A stretch of 64,000 nt of DNA from Chiloscyllium plagiosum (Eukaryota), in contig NC_057719.1 in assembly GCF_004010195.1 (NCBI RefSeq), positions 49,507,272-49,571,271 on the forward strand, read 5' to 3'. Position numbers and translations under genes: made by a program. This document shows, one piece after another, positions 51,900-64,000 of the stretch. The notes below the pieces were generated by a model, which was not told where the DNA came from, made no database searches, and saw only the letters and a list, made by a program, of their open reading frames with translations. Position 1 is the first letter of the stretch, and each line of letters opens with the position of its first letter.

Positions 51900-54800
51900 G
51901 GGAATCGCACCTTGCTCCAGTCAGCAAGCATAATTGCTAGTAAAACTGTTCAAATTTGGGAGAATTTGTTAATAAAAAGTCTTAATGACATCAACGACAA
52001 AGATTAAGCATTCCAGTCTCAGTCATTAGACTGACAACAAAATCTATTCCTTTTGGGAGATCAGGAAAATTAGAATACTGCAGTCTGACTGATGAAGAAG
52101 AATTTATGAAGTAACAGCCAGAAAAAGTCTGTAAAAAGTTAACACTCACTATTTGCTTAACTTTGGCAATTCTTAATTATTTTTTCTACTGTTGAGATAC
52201 TTACATTGTGGACAGAATTTACAATTAAATCAAGAAAGAGCACAACTACTCTACCGGTACAGTCACCCAGTAACCAACATCAACTAAGGCAGGTCTTGCA
52301 ACTCAGCTAATTTAATCCTAAAAAAGAGCTGGAAGAAACTTGTCTATGTCAAAAGCTCCAGATGAAATTAAAAAGCTGCAAAATGACCATAAAATGCCCA
52401 CCCATCGGCTTTACTTTATTTTAACATCACACTGCACAGTTTTCTAATATTGTATACTTGCAACTAGATAAAGAAGCTATTAATATTACTAGAGGTAATG
52501 AGACCTCCCAAACTGAATGCATCAAGTCATCTTAAAAAGCCAGATGAAATATAGTCAACACTCATTGAGCTTCACTCATAATTGATCATGTTCAGAATTC
52601 ATGTATTTAAGAAAAGCAATCATTGCTCAATCCATTACTAGTTGGAGAGACAAGATATGTGATTGCAGTTTCATGGTGGCAGAGCTGGCAGTCAGAACAA
52701 CTGGGCTTGTGATTGAATCCAATGGAAGACTTGCATCAAGATACCTTGGACCAGTCCAAAAGGTAGCATCATGGGGGAGTACTCTTACAAAGCAAATGCA
52801 TGTAAACAGTAATGCTAAGCCCTTGGAATTTGTCTACCTCTATCTGTAATTTCGCCACCATTGTTACAATGGAAAAAGGAGACAAATCTCGAAAGCATAT
52901 AAACTTTTAATGTTATATGCAAGACTTGTGATGCCAGAAAATGTTAGAAGCACCTATAAAGAATGTAAAGACCAGAATGAAGGGTCAGACAGTACAAACA
53001 GCCACTTTCAAAAGCCAAATGGATACAGTGATCTAACCTGCCATAAGTGTACAAAACACAGTCACGATAACCCCTAAAAATTATTTAGGCAAGCGGTATA
53101 ATCGTGATGAGAATGGTCAGGCCATTGACACAAAAAGTGAACCAACATTCAGTGCAGTAAGCATCAAAGTATGGTACTAATAAAAGTGTTTACACTTGTT
53201 ATGATCAGTCCCTGGGCAAAGTTATTATGGTTCCAGATGGGATACCTAAAATTATCAAGCTTTTTTTCCTTTCTTTTTCTTTCACCTCACTCTCTTTAAT
53301 AGCTGCTCAGCCCCCTTGGTTGGTTACGAAAAGGTTAATGGAAAAGAATAACCATCCCCCCACACACCGCCACCATCAATGCTACCCATGCGCATGCGCA
53401 CACACACCATGGGAGCTTCCTCCCTGACAAAAATTAATTCATGTTTTAAAAGGGAGCCAATTCAACCAGACATTCTTGAGATAACAAAACAGTGAGTTTA
53501 TTAATTACAAAACGCATACATACAAATTAAAAATAAGAATTCGGTCAAAAAAAGTTAAAAGATACACAGGTCAGTCTCTGGGTCGTTTGAAGAAGCTTGG
53601 ATAGTTGAGCAGTCAATTTGAGATTCTTGGCTTTGAATTAACTTTCAGGGTTGCTGACCTTCTTCTGTTTTCTTTTAAACAGTGAGACAATGCTTTACTT
53701 ACAATGCAGGGTGACAGAATCTACTGGATGGTTCTTTGACTGTGATTGTCACAGCACACTAGGTCAATCATAGGTTATTACATGAGACTGTTACCACATA
53801 CGACCAGCATTGAAACTCATTTTTAACCATGGTCCCTGTCTATTCTTGAAAAGGGAAAAATAAGCAAGTTGTTCACCTAGTCTATTAGATTCCCTACAGT
53901 ATAGAAACAGGCCCTTCAGCCCAACCAGTCCACACTGACTCTCCAAAGAGTAACCCACTTCCCTCTGACTAATGCACCTAACACTATGGGTAATTTAGCA
54001 TAGCCAATTCACCTGGCCTGCACATCTTTGGACTGTGGGAGGAAACCAACGCAGACACAGGCAGAATATGCAAACTGCACACAGACAGTTGCCCGAAGCT
54101 GGAATCGAACCTGGGTCCGTGGTGCTGTGAGGCTGCAGTGCTAACTGCTGAGCCATCATGCCACCCCACAGTGTTTTGTCCTATCATATGCACAGCTTAA
54201 GATTCTCACAGTGGTTTGCAGTTCGGTTTTTTTAAAAATTAGATTTATCCTTTGGAATTTTCCTTAATACCTTCAGCTGTGACATTCCAGAGTTCTTCCT
54301 CAGACAGCCACTGAGCTTAACGCCCATAGTCACCTTTTGGCTGTATCTCCACTTGTACATAAAAAACAAAGTTGGAATGAAAACGTAGATATGTCTGAGC
54401 TGATCTGGATTTATGATCCATGATCATGACACACTGCTCAGATTCTATGCCAACAGATAGAGGGACAGCACAATTTGTATGAACAAAAAACAAAGGTTCT
54501 TCTACTTTGCATACTGAAATATACGTACCATAGAATTACCAATGATAATTTGACCAGCCAGTACTTAACTCTCCTACAGTGGATCTGAGATTCCACATCT
54601 GGGATTCATTACACTCAAGGTCAGCACAAAAATGTATCCTAGTTACCCTGAATAGTTGCATTCTGGATACCAGAAGTCCAGCGTCTGACATTCTACTGAC
54701 ATGCAAGGATCTGTCTTTGGTCGGAATCCATGGTATTGTCAAGACCATGATGAGCACCAGAGTCCAGAAGGCCCACAATTGGAGAACCTATGCTTACAAT

Positions 54801-55450
54801 GGAAAAGACCCACTGATGCTGCAAAGCAGATCAACAGCCAACAGGTGACACAATACTGTTCAAACTAAAAAATGTATATCAATTCTGGACTTTAAGTTTT
54901 ATTGCAAGCAACACATAATTGCTATTTGGCAGATAAGTGCAGACGAATTATAACTTACTGATACTGTTATGGGTATGTCACTGCTTGATCAAAAAAAGGG
55001 AAAGGTGAATGATGCCCATGGCCGGCACACAGATTGCAAATTAGCCAAGCTGAAAATTGGACAGAAAGTTGAGTATAATATCAAAATGTCAACACCTTGA
55101 ACCCAGCAGAAATTGTCAGCATATGTTCAGAACCAAGACCATATCAGGTATGAACACAAAAATGACATAACAATGCAGAAACTCAGATACTAAATAACAG
55201 TACTGCCACAACGAGAAACACTGACCCATCCTCTTATGTATCCCTATTCATCAGTCTTCAGACATGCAGCAGTCTTCAGCAAAAATTACCAGAAGTAAGG
55301 TTGTACAAAAAAAACAAACCATGATACATTTCGGAAACATATAAATTTATTGCTCTAATTATTTTATTTTATTGTCATGTAAATAGTTTGAATTTGTACT
55401 GGTAAACATTTGTTTTGGGAAGAAAATGGATGTTGTGTTAGGCCATGCAG
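51900..55450 (+). mobile_element. Probable ancient Gypsy-type LTR retrotransposon relic
   Basis: Gag-like remnants (SLTDEEE..QPEKVCKK ~52080; RDKICDCSFMVAELAVRTTGLVIES ~52650), integrase-like remnants ~54600-55150, purine tract gggaagaaaatgga then tgttgtgtta at ~55417-55440. Heavily decayed. Confidence 0.4.
53884..54166 (-). mobile_element. HE1-type SINE
   Basis: Same head, V-domain and tail as 3388-3700. Confidence 0.9.
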
Positions 55451-55748
55451 GTAGCTTGAGGGATTGCCATTATCGTTATAAAATGTAGAACTATCAATTT
55501 TTTACGTCCTGATTTTAATACCCGGGACTTTTACCAACTGAAATAGCTTCAGAAAGAATAAAGCACTTACTTAACAATAGCTGCAGTGCTCACCTGGCAA
55601 CAGATTAGGCAGAAGTCCCATATCCTTCCAAAAGTAAAGCTATCTAAAATCAAAACCTGATTTCTCACAATTGCAGCAAATCACTTCTATACCACTTTTG
55701 ACAACAGTAATTTGTCTATGTTAGATAATAATGCTGCCGCTATGATAG

Positions 55749-57677
55749 TTGAGAGTGTGGTGCTGGGAAAGCACAGCAGGTCAGGCAGCAACCGAGGAGC
55801 AGGGAATCGACGTTTCCGGCATAAGCCCTTCATCAGGAATGAGGCTTGTGGGCTGGGCGGTGGGGAGAGAACTGAGAGATAAATGGGAGGTGTGGTGTGT
55901 TTGGGGGAAAGGTAGCTGAGAATTCGATAGGGAGAAGGTGATGGGTTGGAGAGGAGGGTGGAGTGGATAGATGGGAAGGTGATGGACAGGTCAGGAGAGT
56001 GGTGCCGAGTTGGAGGTTTGATATTGGGATAATGTGGAGGGAGGGGAACTGAGGAAACTGGTGAAATCCACATTGATCCTGTGTGGTTGCAGGGTCCCAA
56101 GGTGGAAGATGAGGCGTTCTTCCTCCAGGCGTCGGGTGGTAAGGGTTTGGCGGTGGAGGAGGCCCAGGACCTGCATGTCCTTGGCAGAGTGGGAGAGGGA
56201 GTTGAAATGTTCAGCCATGTGGAGATGGGGTTGGTTGGTGCTGGTGTCTCAGAGATGTTTTCTGAAACGATCTGCAAGTAGGCATCCTGTCTCCCCAATT
56301 TAGAGGAGACCACATCAGGTTTTACGGATACAGTTAGGTGACATTGGTAGAGGGCGCAGGTTTTGCACTTGCACCTGATTTTTCCCTCCCTCCCCTTCCT
56401 GGACCTCTCCATCTCCATCTCCGTCGACCGACTAACCACGGACATCTACTACAAGCCCATCGACTCTCACAGCTACCTAGACTACACCTCCTCCCACCCT
56501 ACCTCCTGTAAAAACACCATCCCTTATTTCCAATTCCTCTGCCTCCACCTCATCTGTTCCCAGATTGACCAATTCCACCTTAGAAAATCCCAGATGGCCT
56601 CCTTCTTCCAAAATCGCAATTTCCCTTCCCACATGGTTGACAATGCCTTCTAACACATCTCTTCCATTTCCCGCACCACTGCCCTTGAGCTCCATCCCTC
56701 CCAATGCAACAAGGACAGAACCCCCTTCCACCCCACCAACTTCTGCATATATCGCATCATCCTCTGTCACTTCCGCCACCTACAAACAGACCCCACCACC
56801 AGATATATTTTTTGCTCCCCACCTCTATCAGCGTTCCAGAGAGACCATTCCCTCCTCAACTCCCTTGTCAGATCCAGGCTTCCCCACAACTAGCGCCCCC
56901 CAACCACCCCACCAGCTCACACCCCACTCCCGGCATCTTTCCCCGCCACTGCAGGATGTGCAAAACCTGCGCCCACACCATCCAAGGTGCCAAAGGATCC
57001 TCCCACATCTGACAGAAATTTACCGGTACCTCTACCAATGTCATCTCTGTATCCATTGCACCTGATGTGATCTCCTCTACTTCAGGGAAACAGAATGCCT
57101 TCTTGCAAATCATTTCAGCGAACATCTCTGAGACACCTGCACGAACTAACCCCACCGCCCCGTGGCTGAACACTTCAACTCCCCCGTCCCACTCCGCCAA
57201 GGACATGCAGGTCTTGGGCCTCCTCCATCGCCAAACCATTACCACCCGATGCCTGGAGGAAGAACGCCTCATCTTCCAACTTGGGACCCTGCAACCAAGC
57301 GGGATCAATGTGGATTTCAACAGTTTCCTCATTTCCCTTCCCCCAAAATTATATCAGTCCCAAACCTCCAACCTGGTACCGCCCTCCTGACCTGTCCATC
57401 ACCTTTCCCATCTATCTGCTCCACCCTCCTCTCCAACCTATCACCTTCTCCCTCACCTTCAACTATCTATTGCATCCTCAGCTATCTTCCTCACAATACC
57501 TACACCCTCCCCCACCCCCACCCAACTTATCTCTCAGACCCCCACACATTCCTGATGCAGGGCTTATGCCCGAAATATCGATTCTCCTGCTCCTCGGATG
57601 CTGCCTGACCTGCTGTGCTTTTTCAGTTCCACACTCTCGACTCTGATCTCCAGCATCTGCAGTCCTCACGTCCTCCT
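55749..57677. mobile_element. 5'-truncated Penelope-like element with inverted 5' arm; parent family of the mini-palindromes
   Basis: Plus arm ~56363-57677 (LPFLDL..TDIYYKP..YLDYTSSHP; LEEERLIFQLGTLQPSGINVDF), minus arm 55749-56360. TSD ctgcc(g/t)ctatgatag at 55734-55748 and 57678-57692. Hammerhead core intact at 55804-55840 (-). Confidence 0.92.
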
Positions 57678-58739
57678 CTGCCTCTATGATAGGATCACTT
57701 AGGTAGTTATTTATACCTTTCAGAGTAGAGCCCTTTGCTGGCTTACAAAACATTAACAGGGAAAATGCAGGAGATTGACAATAGTGTAAGTCAAAGTGCT
57801 AGAACCGGTGCAGATACAATGAGTTGCAAATCCTCATTCTGTGTAAAAATGATTCTATGTGTGGAAAACTAATGAGCCAGTGATTGGTACCTAAGACAAG
57901 TTGAATTTTCAAATGGGTCTCTAGTGAGAGAGATTGGGCTTGAATTTTAAAAATTGAGAAGCTCCATGAAATGACAACTTTGAAAAGTGTCATGAAAGGA
58001 CAGTAACTCAGATGGGCTTTCAAGAGCAAGCAACACTTAAAAAGGCGTCTGCTTTTCATACAGTTCTTCATTTACAATAAACTTGTAGTTTCAAAGAGAG
58101 CAGCCATAAATGCAAGTTACTTGTTTGCACTGTAGTACATCTAATGCAGATATACAGCCTGATTCCTGATGCTGTGCAGGAACCAATATCTGGTCCTAAA
58201 CCAGGGACAGCATCCAACATTCAAAAATGCCGAGTAATCGTCTGGAATTCTTTGGTGAGCCCCCTTGTGGTAATTTAACATGACCAATTTTAGGATCATA
58301 TAACCTGGATTTTGATAGCAGCAATGATGGCAAAAACTGTTAGCTTTCACTTGTTGTTACCCCATTGAAACTGACAGCAACTTCTGTTGTCCGCACATGC
58401 TGTTGGTGAGTTAATACCTGCCCAGTGAAAGTGGTGAAGCAAGTGGACAATACTTGAGCCGATCTGCCACATCAGTAGATGACTTAGAAGCAATAACACT
58501 ACCAGTCCACAAAACAGGGACAGCTATATGAATTATTTCCTCCCCATTCATCCTCTCTTTTTGGCAGATACGATCCTACTACAGCCGAACCTCGATTATC
58601 CGAACGTGATGGGCGGGCACTATTTTGTTCGGATAATCGATTATTCGGTTAATTGATTAAATGCCTTTTCTCTGGGGCTTGGAGTTTTCTATTAAGTCTG
58701 TTCCCTGTTCAGATCAGGCAGCAGCAACTGCGCGTGAGT

Positions 58740-59760
58740 CTCCCCGTGCCCCCCAACCCCATCCAACACTGCTCCCTGCCCGACCATCAACTCCATCCAT
58801 TACCACCCCCGCCTGCCCCCAACCACATCCAATACTGCACCCGCCTGCCCCCAACCCCATCCAACACCGTCCCCTGACCCCCTCACACTAACACAGTCAC
58901 AGTCTCTATGACGCCCTCATACTCACCCCATCACTGTCACCCTGTCCCACTCACACTCACTCCATCATCCTTAGCCTGACGCCCCTCACACTCACTCCAT
59001 CATCCTCAGCCTGTCACACTCACACTCGCTCCATCACCGTCACCGTGAACCCCTCACACACACTCCATCATCGTCTCCCTGACCCCCTTACAGTCAATCC
59101 ATTATCGTCACACTTATCCCCTCACGCTCACATCATCACGGTCACCCTGACCCTCTCACATGCACTCTATCTCAATCTCACTGAACCCCTCACACTCATT
59201 ACAACACCATCAGCCTGACCCCCTCGCATTCACTCCATCACCATCACCTGGACCCCATCACACTCAATCCGCCACCATCACCCTGACTCCCACACATTCA
59301 CTCCGTCACAGTGACACTGACCTCCACACACACTCACTCCATCATCCTCACCCTGNNNNNNNNNNNNNNNNNNNNNNNNNNNNNNNNNNNNNNNNNNNNN
59401 NNNNNNNNNNNNNNNNNNNNNNNNNNNNNNNNNNNNNNNNNNNNNNNNNNNNNNNNNNNNNNNNNNNNNNNNNNNNNNNNNNNNNNNNNNNNNNNNNNNN
59501 NNNNNNNNNNNNNNNNNNNNNNNNNNNNNNNNNNNNNNNNNNNNNNNNNNNNNNNNNNNNNNNNNNNNNNNNNNNNNNNNNNNNNNNNNNNNNNNNNNNN
59601 NNNNNNNNNNNNNNNNNNNNNNNNNNNNNNNNNNNNNNNNNNNNNNNNNNNNNNNNNNNNNNNNNAACACCGTCCCCCCGCCCACACTCCCTAGCCTAGC
59701 CCCGCCCACTCCCATCCCCCCATCCATCCCCACCTCCACCCCAGCACGCCCCCACCCTCT
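58740..59760. repeat. C-rich minisatellite inside the MITE, spanning the assembly gap
   Basis: Degenerate ~30-bp units like ccctcacactcactccatcatcctcagcctga. Confidence 0.8.
59356..59665. other. Assembly gap (310 N)
   Basis: Run of n. Confidence 1.
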
Positions 59761-60349
59761 CTTCGGGGCAGCCGGACTGGACAACGACAACAAGCCTGCT
59801 GCTGTTGCTACTGCCTTTTGGGGGGTGAGTCTCCAAATAGTGTGCGTGCACGGGCACACACACTTTTTATTGCAACTTTTTGACAGGTTCCACCTTTGCC
59901 CTGTATAGGACAATGTTGGAAAGATTATCTGGGGAAGGAGGGTTTAGGGTGTCGAACGCTTATGTGGAACTCCAGGGAAAGTGTGGGGAGGGGGAGAGAA
60001 GGGTGGGAGGTGAGTCTTTTAGAGACGATGCCAGGACTTCTCAGCAGCACTTTTATCTCTGTAAACAAAAGACACGATCAGTGTTGGACACACGTCTTTG
60101 ATGTAATGTTTCTATAGGGACCTCGAGATCTCTTCAGATAATCTGATTTTTGGATAATTGGTATTCGAATAATCGAGGTTCCTCTGTAATATGCCATCTT
60201 TGACGAAGTGTTTCCTTTAGTTCTATTAGTATGGTATGTAATGCAATGTAAAATGTTTTATTGCAGCGTCCTATTACATTAGCATTAGTTTGAAGCTCAC
60301 CACTCCTGGAGCTTTTTAGTAGCTGCAAAATCAGCAGTAGCTGACCAAT

Positions 60350-61020
60350 TAGAACAAAGAATAAAGAATAATACAGCATAGGATCAGGCCCATCAGCCCT
60401 CCAAGCCTGCATCAATATATTCTGCCCTTCCAGACTAAAACTATCTTTACTCACAGGATCTGTATCCTTCCATTCCCTTCCTATTCATATAATCGTCCAG
60501 GTGTTTCTTGAATGCTGCAGTTGTGTCTGCTTCCATCACCTCCACTGGCAACACATTCCAGACACTCATCACCCTTTATGTGGAAAATCCTGCCTCACAC
60601 ATCTCTTTTAAACTTCCCCCCTCACACCTTGAACCTGCTCCCCCCTGTAATTGATCTCTCCACATTGGGAAAAATCCTCATACTTTCCATTCTATCCATG
60701 CCATTCACAATCTTCTTAACTCCTATTCTTAACTCCCTTCAACCTCCTGCGTTCCAGTGAAAACAAACCCAGTCCATCCAAGCTTCCTTCAGAGTTACAA
60801 TCCCCCATACCAGGCAACATCCTGGTAAACTTTTCTGTACCCTTTCCAAAGCATCCACATCCTTCTCTTAGTGTGTTGACTAGAATTGTACATAATATTC
60901 CAACTGTGGCCTAATTTAAGTTCTATAAAACTGCAGCATAACCTGTTTATCGTTCTATTCAATGCCCCTTCCAATGAAGGCAAGCATGCCACAAGCCCTT
61001 TTTAATACCTTGTCTACTAT
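60350..61020 (-). mobile_element. CR1 3' portion
   Basis: Reverse strand resembles LYRT..RPQLEY, RVQKKFTRMLPG; tail at 60350-60410. Confidence 0.85.
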
Positions 61021-61502
61021 TGGCATATATAATGGCACTGTACTGCTGTTTCAATGTTCAAGTGCAAATTCAGAACTGAGAGCTGACTGTTTTGAAGCTG
61101 TTCTTGATGATAAAGTAAGGACAAATTGACTATATTAAAAAGAAATTATATTTGTGCAATGTACAGTGGACTGAGATACAAGCATCAGGGTGGTAATGCT
61201 CACAGTGTTACTGTGATTAAGGCAAAAAATTCTAGAAGTACTCACCAGATTGGGCAACATCTGTGGAGAGAGAAACAGTGAACAGCTTGCATTGCACTGG
61301 CCAACTGCCCTGAGAATCTAGCTACCTTAACAGCATGGATTTCCCCTTTCCTGACAACAGCTATTACCAGATCAGGGGTCCTCTTAATGTCCAACAAAGT
61401 ACTTCCAAAATTATGGCATACACATGGCATTAATATCAAATCTGGAATTTATGAATTTAAAAATACATCCAGTATTTTAAAAAAGTTATAATAGTTGTTT
61501 GA

Positions 61503-62193
61503 GAAAGACAACGGAACGAGGACATGCCACAACCCAAAGGACTAGCCACACTACCATACATCAGGAGCATTTCAGAACTGACAGCCAGATTACTGCAACC
61601 ACTAGGACTTATAACAGCACACAAACCAACAGCCATCCTCAGACAACAACTCACCAGAACGAAGGACCCGATACCCAGCATGAGCAAAACTAATGTAGTG
61701 TACAAAATCCCATGCAAGGACTGCACAAAACACTATATAGGACAAACAGGAAGACAGCTAACGATCCACATCCATGAACATCAACTAGCCACGAAACGCC
61801 ACGACCAGCTATCCTTAGTAGCCACACATGCAGATGACAAGCAACATGAATTCGACTGGGACAACACTACCATTATAGGACAAGCCAAACAAAGAACAGC
61901 CAGGGAATTCCTAGAAGCATGGCACTCATCCACAAACTCCATCAACAAACACATCGACCTGGACCCAATATACCGGCCACTACAGCGGACAGCTGAAACT
62001 GACAATCGGAAGCGGCAGGGACAGGCCACTATAAATGCCGGAGGAAACACCACAGAAGCGCTTCACAGGAGGCTCCCAAGCACTGAGGATGTCACCTAGA
62101 CAGGGGACGAAACGTTTGCAACAAAAATTCCCAGCTCGGCGAACAGAACCACAACAACGAGCACCCGAGCTACAAATCTTCTCACAGACTTTG
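61503..62193 (+). mobile_element. 5'-truncated Penelope-like element (Poseidon-like), intact GIY-YIG frame plus hammerhead
   Basis: ORF 61524-62099 LPYIRSISE...VVYKIPCKDCTKHYIGQTGR...REFLEAW. Motif gca CUGAGGA u guc.ccu-agac-agg.gac GAAAC GUU ugc at 62080-62119. 10-bp TSD agttgtttga at 61493-61502 and 62194-62203. Confidence 0.92.
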
Positions 62194-63829
62194 AGTTGTT
62201 TGACAACACAGAAGTTGAATATTATTGAAAAAGACACATTTTGATTCAGTTTTTTTGTTTTGTACTCATCATGGCATTTAACAACATTTAATACTACTTG
62301 AGTGTTGCCATGGACAATGCATCAGTTAACATGATGACTGATAGTTAACTGCCAAACTTTAAAGTTAGACCATTTCTGATTTTCCAAGGCATTGCCCTGA
62401 GGAATGAGCCACGGAATACCTGTTGCCGATTTTGTTAAGTTGAAATGGAGCAATGTGTGTTCATGTTCTTTCTGTCTGTAAAGAACAGGGCCTTGTATGT
62501 TAATATATGTAGTTTCCAGTGCACAGTGTGCCAAACTGCAGGACCGACTGCCAATCTTAAATTGGTTGTCAGCCTAATTCAGTGTTCTGATGAATGTCAG
62601 ATGAAAAGCTTCAACAAAATGTGGCTTCTAGCAATACTCAAAACTCACAATGAGGAATTTGATTTTTTTAGGATTAGTGACACTATTTACCAGTAATTAT
62701 GAACTTAGCATGCTATTAAAAATCCAATTATACCTCATTCAACTTTTCTAGGGGCTTTTACAGCATAACTAGTTGTATAAAATGACATGATTTCGACTTG
62801 CTTACAGCTTGAGGGTCATCAGGGTGTCTCATGATGAAATGTGTTACTAAGTTATGGCAAATGCTTACAATTCCACCATCATTTCTCCCTGAGCTACTGT
62901 TTCAAGTTAATGATTATCAAAACTACAAAACTTTGGGCGTATGACAGATTTTAAGTAATTACAGAGGCAGAAGGGAAAAGAGAGGAAAGAACAAAAGGGA
63001 AAAGAATAGAGCAGTCAGAGTGGGAACTTAAATGACATGCTCACGATTACAGACTGAACAGAAGTGCTGTGCTGTGCTGTGCAGCCATGTAATTTGCATT
63101 TTGTCTCCCCAAATTAGAAGAAAATGAATCCGGGAGCAGAGATTGATATACTCAATTGAAATGTATTTGTAAATTTTACCTAAAAGGTACCTTTTACCTA
63201 AAAGGGATGTTTAGACCTGAACAGTCAGGATAAGGAGGTAAAGGGGTAGCTTGTATGTGAAGATGCTGTGGTAAAGAGTGTGACTGTTAAGGAAGATTGA
63301 GTAGATCAGTGCTTTTGTACATCATTCCATTTGGCTTAAAACAGAAATCGTAAAAGATCAGCTGAAGTGTACATGTTAAGGTGTAATTAAAATTGTGATG
63401 AATTAACAGATGACTATCTATTGGAAGAACAGTGATAACGTTGCTGGACTGGAAATCCAGAACTCTGGACGAATGCTCTGAAGACATGAGTTCACATGTC
63501 AACATGTCAGCTGGGGAAATGTAAATGCAATAAATTTGGAATAAGTAATTAATCTCATTAATGATGATCATGCAAGAACTAAACAGTTCCAAAAACTAAA
63601 CGAATAGCACATTAGTTGAAACTCTAGGGCTTTCAATAAAAGTGAATCAATACCATATCAGATTTTAAATTAGCTCAGGTCTGGAGGTTCATTAGAGATT
63701 CCATGATACTATATATAGAAAAGTGGAAAATTCACCCAGTGCCTTGGTCAGCAGTCCTCCCTCAGCCAGAAGTATTTTGAGTTGTCACTGAAGGGAGATG
63801 ATGTATCACTCTCATTTCTCAAGTAGACA

Positions 63830-64000
63830 GTGGCGAATCCGGTTCCACTCCAGAGGCTTGAGCCTACAATTCTAAGCTGACGCTACAGCACAACATTAAA
63901 GGAGTACTGAACAGTCAATGTTACAATCATTTGAATGGGGTGTTAAACCAATATCCTGTATGTGCTGTCAGATGAATGTAAAAATTCCTAGATGGCAATA
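63830..64000 (+). mobile_element. Deu-domain SINE fragment
   Basis: tttgaatggggtgttaaaccaatatcctgtatgtgctgtcagatgaatgtaaaaattcc resembles the Deu core. Confidence 0.55.

Larger units (their letters stand above)
58582..60186. mobile_element. Non-autonomous Tigger/pogo-like DNA transposon
   Basis: TA|cagccgaacctcgattatccgaa ... ttcgaataatcgaggttcctctg|TA; TIR 20/23; subterminal ttcggataatc repeats. Confidence 0.85.

Noticed and set aside
53198..54300. Additional LTR-like insert within the Gypsy relic
   Set aside because: tgttatga start and a minus-strand AATAAA are suggestive, but I could not define the far end or a TSD.
55687..56445. 252-aa minus ORF and other overlapping ORFs at 55991-57753
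   Set aside because: Off-frame or antisense readings across the PLE fold-back.
58740..59355. CRISPR-like array
   Set aside because: Degenerate tandem units without unique spacers, in a vertebrate context with no cas genes.
59160..59913. Long ORFs containing X runs
   Set aside because: Artefacts of the N gap and low-complexity flanks.
57700..64000. Exons of a downstream neighbour gene on the minus strand
   Set aside because: No recognisable protein similarity; the apparent donor at 61240-61246 lies inside a PLE-terminal relic.

Overview
Eukaryotic, AT-rich, repeat-dense genomic DNA, most likely from an elasmobranch (shark/ray), inferred from HE1-type SINEs and HER1/CR1 LINEs. The only host gene I can support is NAA30 (NatC catalytic subunit, + strand). 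Its last three coding exons are at 28137-28260, 29808-29863 and 33240-33377, followed by a TE-free putative 3' UTR; the N-terminal exon(s) lie upstream of the window. The rest is CR1/L2 LINE fragments, tRNA-derived SINEs, two Tigger/pogo-like MITEs, one clear and one probable solo LTR, a probable Gypsy relic and a 310-N gap. The most notable content is a set of Penelope-like element (PLE) insertions from at least 3 families. They carry minimal hammerhead ribozyme motifs, and most are inserted as fold-back (inverted) structures between 10-16 bp target-site duplications. They include tiny 130-390 bp non-coding palindromes, one whose arm stops at the predicted ribozyme cleavage site, and a 4.5-kb composite that appears to have captured about 0.5 kb of non-PLE DNA. 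A 520-bp intronic inverted duplication with a near-identical central tract (possible gene conversion) is also present. All alignments were done by eye; no database searches were run.
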